A stretch of DNA of 32,000 nt from assembly GCF_003231495.1 (NCBI RefSeq), contig NZ_PQWO01000001.1:510001-542000 (forward strand), given 5' to 3'. Below the pieces are notes generated by a model. It was not told the DNA's origin. It searched no databases and worked only from the letters and a program-made list of their open reading frames with translations. The translations under genes were made by a program, and so were the position numbers. Shown piece by piece: positions 16,846 through 25,149 of this stretch. Within the stretch, counting starts at the first letter, position 1. The number at the start of each line of letters is the position of its first letter. Source of the stretch: Acaryochloris thomasi RCC1774 (GTDB lineage Bacteria > Cyanobacteriota > Cyanobacteriia > Thermosynechococcales > Thermosynechococcaceae).

Positions 16846-19800
16846 ATGACCGCTTCTTTGAATGAGCCACGTTTATCGAGTACTCCTGGCGGTGACGCAG
16901 GTGTCGCCGCGCCAACGTTAGAGGCTACCCATTCTGAAGGGTTCGGCCATTGGCTGCAGCAACAGCAGCTCAGTCTAGCCTTTACGACCTACCAAACGAA
17001 TCGCTTATTTTGTCTGGGCACGACACAGGCAGGGAAAATGGCGCTACATGAACGCTTGTTTGATAAGCCAATGGGCCTGTTCGCCCAGGACAATCGCCTC
17101 TACATGAGTACCCGCTATCAAATATGGCAGCTCGATAATCTGCTAAGACCCGGAGAACTGCGTCAGGGTTGCGATCTCATCTACACCCCAAAACTAGCGC
17201 ACACAACCGGCGACCTCAACGTTCACGACGTGGTTATCGACGCATCCGGCGAACTTCTGTTTGTGAATACCGACTTCAACTGTTTAGCCCGTCTCAGCCC
17301 TGACTATAGCTTTGTACCGCAATGGCGACCGCCCTTTATCTCGAAATGGGTCGCCGAAGATCGCTGTCACCTCAACGGCCTCGCCCTGCGAGAGGGCAAA
17401 CCGGCCTACATGACCGCCTGTAGCAGCACCAATACAGCCGCCAGTTGGCGTCACCACCGGGTTGACGGCGGCGTCGTGATGGATATCCAAGCCAACGAAG
17501 TGATCGCCACGGGCCTCTCAATGCCCCACTCGCCACGCTGGTATCGCGGCAAGCTCTGGTTGCTCAATTCAGGGACCGGTGAACTCGGTCACATCGACTT
17601 CGACAGCGGTGCCTTTGTCCCGCTCACCTTCTGCCCCGGCTTCGTGCGGGGAATGACCTTTTGCGGCAACGTCGCCGTGATCGGTCTATCAAAATTGAGG
17701 TCAAAATCTTTCACCGGTCTAGCGCTGGAAAAACGACTAACGGCAGCGGGAGATCGCCCCCACTGTGGCTTGATGGTTGTTGACCTAGAGACCGGCAACG
17801 TTTTGCATTGGCTGCGTTTAGAGGGAGTCGTTGAAGAGCTTTTTGATGTGGTGGTGCTACCCAACGTCCGCCAGCCGCAATCTCTAGGGTTCCAGTCTGA
17901 TGAAATTGAGCGGCTAGTCACCTTCCCAGAGGCTGAAGGGATTGTGGTCACAAAACCCACGGTCAAGCGCCCGAGTTTGGCAGGCAAAGCCCCCGTTGCT
18001 GGCGTACCCCGCACCGTCTGGGATGGGCAGTCAAGCTCCTCAACGGCTTCAGTCCCGTCGATCGCTGCCGCTTTAGACTCCCTTAAGTTTCAGCACGTTT
18101 ACCATCTGACACCAGAAAATCTGGCAGACTACGACGATTTCACGTTTCCGCGTCTACGGCAGCGCTGGTCACAGCAGCCTCAGCGCGGCGAGATGCTCGG
18201 CGTATCAGCGTCGGTAGAGGGCGACATGGTGGCCTTCGGTGTGGCTGAGCTGCTGCCCGATCAGTCGGCTGAGGTGATCTCGCTTTGGGTGACCCCAGAG
18301 TACCGGCAACAAAGGATCGGACAGCGGTTGATGGCAATTCTGGAGCAGAAAGTCTGCCAAGAGGGCTGCACTAAACTGTTAATCGCCTACGAGGCCACTG
18401 CCCTTACCCAGATAGAGCCTTTATTGAAAAACTTGGGCTGGCAAGCCCTCTCTCAGAACCACACCCAGCATAGATGGCACAAAAATTTCGCACCGCAGCT
18501 TGAGAAAGAGGCACCACACCCCTTTGAGCAGGGCAAAGCCTTTGCTAAGCAAGGAGATCTAGACGCAGCCATCGCTTGCTTTACTGAGGCCCTTCGCCAA
18601 CGCCCCGACCACCTCGCCGCCTATAACCAACTGGGCAATGCCTATCAGCAGTTGGGGCAAACAGAAGATGCGATCGCAACCTATCAAGCCCTCTTAGAAC
18701 GCAATCCCAACGTCGCGCAGGCCCACGCCAACCTAGGGGCGATCTGGCAGATTCAGGGGAAAACGGGAGATGCGATCGCATCCTATCAAACCGCCATTGC
18801 CCTCAAGCCCGACTTAACCGTAGCCCATCTCAATCTAGCCAAGCTGCACGCAACAGCAGGCCAGCAAAAAAACGCTGCAGTGCATTATCAAGCGGCCCTT
18901 GCAGCCGATCCCCAACAAGTAGAAGCCCACTACGGCCTTGCCAAGGTATCGCTGACTCAGGACCATTTAGAGCAGGCAAACGCCTGTTTTCGGCAGGTTT
19001 TAAAGCTCCAGCCGGAACACTCAGCCGCTCTATTAGAGCTAGGCTTTTTGTCTGAGGCCCAAGGGCAACTAGCGGTTGCTCGTGCCTGCTACCAGAAGCT
19101 ATTTAATACCTGCCTAGAGTGGCAGCATTTAGCCGCTTACCAGCTTAGCTATGTGCGGCGGCAGCTTTGCAACTGGCAGCACGACGATGCGCGTATGACA
19201 GAGCTACTGCAGCGCCTTGAGACGCACATTGCTCAGACCGACAGTCCTGCCCTCGCCCCCTTGAGCCTGAGCGTTTTCCCCGCATCGCCAGCATTGCATC
19301 GGGCCGTGAACGAACACCACGCAGCGCAGATTCAGCGACGCATGGCCGAGACTAAAGAACGATGTCATTTCCAGCATCCTCAGGGGCCTGTCGATAAACT
19401 GCGGATTGGCTACGTCTCGCCTGATTTCCGCAATCATCCGGTGGGCTGGCTGATGCAAGATTTGTTTCAGTACCACGACCGCGATCGCTTTGAAATCTTT
19501 GCCTATAGCCTCCGCCATGCCGAAGATTCAGTGCAGGCCAACATTGAGGCCGGGTGCGATCATTTTATCGACTGCTCCCAGCTATTGCCGGAAGAGAGTG
19601 CTCACCGCATTCATGCTGATGGCATTCATATTTTGATTGATCTAGCGGGTTACACCACCTATTCTCGACCTGAGATTTTTGCGCTGCGTCCCGCACCAAT
19701 TCAGTGCAGCTATTTAGGCTATCCCGATACCACCGGTTCAGAGAGTATCGATTATCTGATCACCGATGAGTGGGTCGTGCCGCCTGCATTGGCAGCTCAC

Positions 19801-20505
19801 TGTACTGAGCAGGTGGTCTACCTACCGCATCAGTTTGTGGTATCGCCAACATTCGCAGAGTCTTGTTTGCCAAAGGCCGAGATAGATCAAGAGGTACTAA
19901 AACAAGGGAATTTAAAGCAGACCCGCCAGGACTATGGTTTACCTGCAAAGGGGTTTGTGTTCTGTTGTTTTAATCTCCATCGCAAGATCGAACCGACGGT
20001 GTTTTCGGTGTGGATGAAGATTTTGCAGCAGGTACCAAACTCAGTGCTTTGGCTCTCAGATGGGCCAGACCCGGTCAAGGTGAATCTGCGTCAGGCCGCC
20101 CAGGCTCATGGGGTTGCGGCAGAGCGATTGATTTTTGCCCCTCGGCTCCCCTTTGACGAATACTTAGCCCGCTATCAATTTGCTGATTTGTTTCTGGATA
20201 CCTTCTCCTATGGAGCGGGTTCGACCGCAATCTGCGCGCTCTCTGCAGGAGTACCTTTGTTGACCCATCCAGGCGAGACCAATGCCTCACGGATGGGGGC
20301 CAGCATTTGCGCGGCAGCGGGCTTAGAAGACTTGCTGATTTGCGACAGCATATTGACCTACGAACAAAGGGCTGTGCATCTTGCAACTCACGCAGAAGAG
20401 ATGGCGACCCTACGGCAGAAGTTACGCGGCAATCGCAGCAATTTACCGCTGTTTCAACCCCAGCAATGGATCTCTCACTGGGAAGAAACGCTAGAGAAAC
20501 TCTGA
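16846..20505 (+). CDS. Four-domain fusion protein: TIGR03032-like domain + GNAT acetyltransferase + TPR repeats + GT41 (OGT/SPINDLY-type) glycosyltransferase
   Basis: About aa 25-360 (HSEGFGHWL..LSLAFTTYQTNRLFCLG...) resembles the uncharacterised TIGR03032 family, from memory. About aa 415-545 is GNAT (VISLWVTPEYRQQRIGQRLM). About aa 560-770 holds at least 5 TPR units (AYNQLGNAYQQLGQTEDAIATYQALLERNPN etc.). About aa 780-1219 is GT41-like (RIGYVSPDFRNHPVG, LIDLAGYT, YLGYPDTTG, FCCFN, FLDTFSYGAGSTA). Confidence 0.8.
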   Translation: MTASLNEPRLSSTPGGDAGVAAPTLEATHSEGFGHWLQQQQLSLAFTTYQTNRLFCLGTTQAGKMALHERLFDKPMGLFAQDNRLYMSTRYQIWQLDNLLRPGELRQGCDLIYTPKLAHTTGDLNVHDVVIDASGELLFVNTDFNCLARLSPDYSFVPQWRPPFISKWVAEDRCHLNGLALREGKPAYMTACSSTNTAASWRHHRVDGGVVMDIQANEVIATGLSMPHSPRWYRGKLWLLNSGTGELGHIDFDSGAFVPLTFCPGFVRGMTFCGNVAVIGLSKLRSKSFTGLALEKRLTAAGDRPHCGLMVVDLETGNVLHWLRLEGVVEELFDVVVLPNVRQPQSLGFQSDEIERLVTFPEAEGIVVTKPTVKRPSLAGKAPVAGVPRTVWDGQSSSSTASVPSIAAALDSLKFQHVYHLTPENLADYDDFTFPRLRQRWSQQPQRGEMLGVSASVEGDMVAFGVAELLPDQSAEVISLWVTPEYRQQRIGQRLMAILEQKVCQEGCTKLLIAYEATALTQIEPLLKNLGWQALSQNHTQHRWHKNFAPQLEKEAPHPFEQGKAFAKQGDLDAAIACFTEALRQRPDHLAAYNQLGNAYQQLGQTEDAIATYQALLERNPNVAQAHANLGAIWQIQGKTGDAIASYQTAIALKPDLTVAHLNLAKLHATAGQQKNAAVHYQAALAADPQQVEAHYGLAKVSLTQDHLEQANACFRQVLKLQPEHSAALLELGFLSEAQGQLAVARACYQKLFNTCLEWQHLAAYQLSYVRRQLCNWQHDDARMTELLQRLETHIAQTDSPALAPLSLSVFPASPALHRAVNEHHAAQIQRRMAETKERCHFQHPQGPVDKLRIGYVSPDFRNHPVGWLMQDLFQYHDRDRFEIFAYSLRHAEDSVQANIEAGCDHFIDCSQLLPEESAHRIHADGIHILIDLAGYTTYSRPEIFALRPAPIQCSYLGYPDTTGSESIDYLITDEWVVPPALAAHCTEQVVYLPHQFVVSPTFAESCLPKAEIDQEVLKQGNLKQTRQDYGLPAKGFVFCCFNLHRKIEPTVFSVWMKILQQVPNSVLWLSDGPDPVKVNLRQAAQAHGVAAERLIFAPRLPFDEYLARYQFADLFLDTFSYGAGSTAICALSAGVPLLTHPGETNASRMGASICAAAGLEDLLICDSILTYEQRAVHLATHAEEMATLRQKLRGNRSNLPLFQPQQWISHWEETLEKL

Positions 20506-21365
20506 GATCTGTTCTAAGACAGGAAAGTCCCCATCGTGCTGCCTTCATCTTTTTGGGCCGCTTCACGGAGAATGCGGCCCATCTTAATTGAGGGGAATTG
20601 AAGAATGGAGACGGTTGCGATCGCATCGATCAACCGCTGTCTCTCTCATCAAGAACAGGCCTACTCTCACATAGATTATCCCGCAATGTCTTCATTTGCT
20701 TAGACCGCACAGCTCCAGATCAGTAAGCTATCAAGCCTGCGATATGACATCAAAAGAAATCAGCCGTCCGTCAGACACGATCAGGCGACAAGAAACTTAA
20801 AACGATAGCCATTGCGTTTTTGAAGATTGCACCACGAGGCTGAAACGCTTACCCCAAGCCACAAAAAGCAAAACAGAAGCTGTACCAGCAGAAAACAGCT
20901 TGGAGAAATCCTGTATGTTTTTAAGTCTTATTTTATTGAGCTATAAACACTCAGTTATTATCATCCTAAATACTAGGTATAACGCTGTAACCCTTGCTCT
21001 ACAAAAGTGATAGTTAACGCTCGAATATTTCTGCTCCAGAAATTCAGGTTTTTTTGTATGCTTTGATGTTCTACTTTGTTGGTTTCAAAAACAACTTTCG
21101 CATGATGTTGGCATACCTCAGAATCACATCTAGGCAATAAAAACGTGTCTAAAAACAATAGAAGCATGATGAGATGGAGTTCTACAAAAAATATTTCCAG
21201 AGAAATTTTGTATATTTTCGCGTTTGTTTTTGCTTACCGCTACGTGTTGAATTCCATTGTTATACAAAGTTTTTAGCTGGGTACACTCAATTTCAGACAG
21301 CTTAATAATTTAAATTTCAAAATTCTATATAGACTTCTTCTTCTGCCAGTTGCTCGGATTTATTT

Positions 21366-22287
21366 ATGATTGCGTCTTTGAACCCGCAACGTTTACTGAA
21401 CGTTGTGAAATTCTCCGCTGACGATAAAAATTTCGAACCCCCAGCTATAGCCTCCCAGCTAAAAGTGACTCATTCTGAAGGGTTACCCAATGGGTTACAG
21501 CATCAAGACCTGAATGTAGCTTTTACCACTCATCAAACCAACCGTCTTTTCTGCGTGAGTCTCGTCCAGAAGGACGTATAAACAATGCGTGAACGCTTGG
21601 TTGACAAGCCGATGGGTCAATTTGCCCAGAATAATTGCCTCTGCATGAGTACTCGCCATCAGAAGTGGCAGCTCGATCATTTGCTAAGGGCACGAGGGTT
21701 GCGTCAGAGTTGCGATCGCATCTATATCCCTGAACTGGCTTACACGACCGATAACCTCAAAATCCGTGAAGTGGTTCCATCTGAGTCTGTCGAACAACAG
21801 ATGTTGCGGCAGGTTCCGGGAGCAGCGCTATTGCTCTTTGATAGGACAAACTCAGTCAAGGTCAACGTGCGCCAAGCCGCACGCGCCCAGGAGCTTGATC
21901 CTGACCAACTGATCTTTGCTCCTCAGCTACCCTTTAACGAATATTTAACCCGCTATCGCTGTTCGGATCTGCTCCTAGACGCCTGCACCTACAGGGTCGG
22001 TTCGACGGCGATTGCACTCTCAGCCTGGTTGCCGTTGCTCACCCATCCTGATGCATCACAAACGGAAGCCAGTATCTGCGCAGCGGCGGGTTTCAAAGAT
22101 TTGCTCATTTGTGACAGTGCTGTTGCTTATGAGCAAAAGACAGTCCATCCTGCCACTCATGCAGGTGGGATGGCTGCCATATAGCGGAGATTATGCGAAA
22201 ACTGCAGCAGGTTTACCGCTATTCCAACCCCAGTCGTGGATTTTCTACTTGGAAGAGTCTCCTGGGAAGCTCTGGGATCTGTCTTAG
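21366..22287 (+). pseudogene. Pseudogene copy of the fusion glycosyltransferase gene
   Basis: ORFs 21366-21581, 21585-22184 and 22012-22287 align to parent aa 1-130 and about 1053-1219. The copy has one in-frame TAA at 21579-21581 and a deletion junction near 21777-21800 (parent nt about 17236-20000 missing). A frameshift near 22170 is the third lesion. Confidence 0.85.
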
Positions 22288-22310
22288 GACGGGGGAGTCC
22301 CATCGCTTTT

Positions 22311-22334
22311 CCTTCACCTCAACATAGGTGAAGG
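22311..22334 (+). promoter_or_regulatory. Hairpin in the conserved spacer between the glycosyltransferase (pseudo)gene and the RTX gene
   Basis: CCTTCACC (22311-22318) pairs perfectly with GGTGAAGG (22327-22334), 43 nt upstream of the RTX ATG. Its position is conserved with 14080-14103. Confidence 0.4.
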
Positions 22335-22376
22335 AATTCAATCTGTTCTTCATTAAATTATTAGTTGAGACGATTA

Positions 22377-24170
22377 ATGCCCACCTTTAACGAACAAACC
22401 GGCACCAATAACCCCTTTGATGGGATTAATGTTGGAAGTGACAGCCACCCTACCTTTGCCGATATTGATGACGATGGGGATCTTGATCTACTGATCGGGG
22501 ACTTTTCCGATGGCATTCTAAACTTCTTTGAGAATACGGGTAGTGCCTCTAGCCCCAGCTATGTTGAACAAACCGGCACCAATAACCCTTTCGACGGTAT
22601 TTCTAGAAGTGAAAGCACCCCCACCTTTGCCGACATTGATGGCGATGATGATCTTGATCTGGTTATTGGACAATCCTTCGGTGGCCTGAGTTTCTTTGAA
22701 AATACAGGCAGTGCCACTAGCCCTAGCTACATCGAACAAACTGGCACTGATAATCCTTTCCCTAGCGTTGGTTCAAACGATAGCAACTCTCCCTTCTTTG
22801 CCGATCTTGATGGCGACGGTGATCTCGATCTAGTCACGGGAGATGGCAATGGCACGATAAACTACGTTGAGAACACGGGCAGTGCCACTAGCCCCAGCTA
22901 CATCGAGCAAACCGGCACTAACAATCCCTTCGATGGGTTTAATGTAGGCTTTGAAAGCCAACCGGTCTTGGCTGATGTTGATGGTGATGGCGACCTTGAT
23001 CTAGTTGTTGGGGCTGGCAGTGGCACAATCAATTTCTTTGAGAACACAGGCAGTACAACCAGTCCCAACTACATCGAGCAAACCGGCACTAGCAATCCCT
23101 TCGATGGGTTTAATGTGGGGGGTGAAAGCCAACCTGTCTTGGCTGATGTTGATGGTGATGGCGACCTCGATCTAGTTGTTGGAAATGGCCCTGGCACAAT
23201 CAATTTCTTTGAGAATGCCGGGAGTCCCAATGGCGCGACCCCTGGTCCAGATCGCCTTTCAGGAACCCCTGATGACGACACTTTAGAAGGCTTAGATGGT
23301 CGAGATCGTCTCAATGGCCGAAATGGCAATGATCGCATCGTAGGCGGCAATGGTAGTGACACCCTCCTGGGTGAAGGTGGTAACGATACCCTCTTCGGCG
23401 GCAGCGGTATCGACCTCCTCTTTGGCGGTAACGGCAATGACTTTCTTAATGGGGGCAACAATAACGACACGCTGCAGGGCCAAGCGGGAGACGATACTCT
23501 TCAAGGCGGCAGCGGCAACGATATATTGATTGGCTCAACAGGAAGCGACCTGCTTCAAGGGGGACTCGACAACGACTTCCTGAGTGGGGGGAGCGACAAC
23601 GACACGCTGGTCGGCCAAGCCGGAGATGATACTCTCCTAGGCGGAAACGGACTCGATCGTCTGATCGGCACTGCAGGTGATGACCAACTAAGGGGTGGCT
23701 TCGGCAACGATACACTTAACGGCGGCAACGACAACGATGTGCTCGAAGGTCAAGCTGGTTCTGATCGCTTGATTGGCGGCGGCGGTGACGACATTCTCGT
23801 CGGTGGCTCCAGCGATGACACACTTGTAGGTGGAGTCGGGTCTGATACGTTCCGATTTGGCGGTGGCTTCAACAGCCTCGGCACCGATACGATCATAGAC
23901 CTTACCAGCGATGATGTAATGGAGTTGAGTCTGTCTGTCTTTGGTCTGACAGGTGCCATCGGTGACATCATCGATATGAGCGAGTTCGCCAGCGTCAGCT
24001 CTCTGGCTGACGCCGAAAGCAGTGGTGCATCCATCGCTTACAACAGCAATGATGGTAGCCTCTACTTCAATGCCAATGGCGCTGCAGCAGGCTTCGGTAC
24101 TGGCGGTCAGTTCGCTCAGCTCAACAATACCTTTGACCTCCAAGCCAGTCAGATTGAGTTGATTGCCTAA
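22377..24170 (+). CDS. FG-GAP-repeat / RTX calcium-binding protein (paralogue of 14147-16564, lacking the VCBS units)
   Basis: Five FG-GAP-type blades, then GGxGNDxL repeats and a C-terminal domain nearly identical to the paralogue (YNSNDGSLYFNANGAAAGFG...QIELIA). The start context TTGAGACGATTAATGCC matches 14135-14151. Confidence 0.85.
   Translation: MPTFNEQTGTNNPFDGINVGSDSHPTFADIDDDGDLDLLIGDFSDGILNFFENTGSASSPSYVEQTGTNNPFDGISRSESTPTFADIDGDDDLDLVIGQSFGGLSFFENTGSATSPSYIEQTGTDNPFPSVGSNDSNSPFFADLDGDGDLDLVTGDGNGTINYVENTGSATSPSYIEQTGTNNPFDGFNVGFESQPVLADVDGDGDLDLVVGAGSGTINFFENTGSTTSPNYIEQTGTSNPFDGFNVGGESQPVLADVDGDGDLDLVVGNGPGTINFFENAGSPNGATPGPDRLSGTPDDDTLEGLDGRDRLNGRNGNDRIVGGNGSDTLLGEGGNDTLFGGSGIDLLFGGNGNDFLNGGNNNDTLQGQAGDDTLQGGSGNDILIGSTGSDLLQGGLDNDFLSGGSDNDTLVGQAGDDTLLGGNGLDRLIGTAGDDQLRGGFGNDTLNGGNDNDVLEGQAGSDRLIGGGGDDILVGGSSDDTLVGGVGSDTFRFGGGFNSLGTDTIIDLTSDDVMELSLSVFGLTGAIGDIIDMSEFASVSSLADAESSGASIAYNSNDGSLYFNANGAAAGFGTGGQFAQLNNTFDLQASQIELIA
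22899..23240 (+). repeat. Recent tandem duplication of one FG-GAP blade (2 x 171 bp)
   Basis: Units 22899-23069 and 23070-23240 are about 90 percent identical at the nucleotide level by eye, both starting TACATCGAGCAAACCGGCACTA. They are far more similar to each other than to the other blades. Confidence 0.8.
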
Positions 24171-24206
24171 ACCATTTGCAATTGAGTCAATTGAATAAAT
24201 AAAACT

Positions 24207-24244
24207 AGGCCAACAGATTAACGATGAATCTGTTGGCCTTTTTG
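24207..24244 (+). terminator. Rho-independent terminator of RTX gene 2
   Basis: AGGCCAACAGATT (24207-24219) pairs with AATCTGTTGGCCT (24227-24239), followed by TTTTTG. Confidence 0.8.
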
Positions 24245-24385
24245 TACTACATCGAGAGCCGCTCTTTTGCCTAGATTCAACCAGTAGAAGGGAGTCACTT
24301 GCAATGAGCAATTTTTAGAGCAGCGGAAAACGAAAGGCAAGAATCAAATTATAAAAGCGTTCTGAAGCTGGATTCAGGAGCTGAC

Positions 24386-24994
24386 TTAAGATGGCTCGCG
24401 CGCCCACACAGCTAAGCCACCCCCTCGCCCCCGAGCGGCCAGCACCGTATCGCAGATCAAGAAATAGGCAAAGAACGCCTGTTGCCCCACCTTCCGCTGA
24501 TAGAACTTCGCTTCACTGGCTTCACCCTTGCGGATAAAACTGTCGAACAGCTTCACGCCATAAACCCTGACCGCCATGCGCGTAAAATCAAAGGCCATAA
24601 TGTTCTGAGGTGACAAAAACTTCGCGGGGCCTGAAACGGATAGGTGAATGCCCAGAAACTTGATGTCGTTGGCGATTGTACCCGCCGTAAATTTTTCTCC
24701 TGAGTTCTCCGCTGGCTGTTCTCTGGGCGTGTAGGACAGAGAAATAGAGGCCAGCTTCGGTAAATATCGACCGGCCCCCATCACTGGCCCTGCTTTCTTC
24801 TGCGTTTTTTTCGTGCCGGTGATAAAGCAAAGTCGCCAGTCCCCGACTAGTTGATCAAAGCCATGACTCTCCCTGGAATGTCTGCTTATGTTCTCGGCCT
24901 CAAGACAAGCTTCTCGTACAGCGTCAGGGGCAGGTCGCTCCGCAGCATTGAATGCCTTTTGAGCGGCCTGTTCTAGAATCTCAACCGGTGACAT
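24386..24994 (-). CDS. Hypothetical protein, PAP/fibrillin-like
   Basis: 202-aa ORF. GDWRLCFITG and the C-terminal DTVLAARGRGGGLAVWAR are reminiscent of the fibrillin/plastoglobulin family. Weak, motif-level only. Confidence 0.4.
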   Translation of the reverse strand: MSPVEILEQAAQKAFNAAERPAPDAVREACLEAENISRHSRESHGFDQLVGDWRLCFITGTKKTQKKAGPVMGAGRYLPKLASISLSYTPREQPAENSGEKFTAGTIANDIKFLGIHLSVSGPAKFLSPQNIMAFDFTRMAVRVYGVKLFDSFIRKGEASEAKFYQRKVGQQAFFAYFLICDTVLAARGRGGGLAVWAREPS

Positions 24995-25149
24995 GATTCA
25001 CTCCTTCTGCTGCTTTTACCCTCAACCCCAGTGTCAGGCTTAAGGGGCATCTTCCGCTAGTGCTAAAGGCTTGTGTGTGGGACTCTTCGTGCTGTAATTG
25101 TGAAGCAGCGACAATTCCGCTGTCTTGCAGTCCTTCGCTTAGAGCCGTT

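Noticed and set aside
20075-20626. 183-aa minus-strand ORF, and the 94-aa plus-strand ORF at 20307-20591
   Set aside because: Both overlap the 3' end of the well-supported GT41 fusion gene in antisense or off frames. They have Arg/Ser/Pro-rich composition.
13545-24245. Searched the island for T1SS components (ABC exporter, MFP, TolC), a transposase or integrase, a reverse transcriptase (DGR) or tRNA flanks
   Set aside because: None is present in the window. The RTX proteins must rely on an exporter encoded elsewhere. The island shows no recognisable mobility gene and no tRNA-like sequence (no TTCGAATCC-type T-arm in intergenic DNA).
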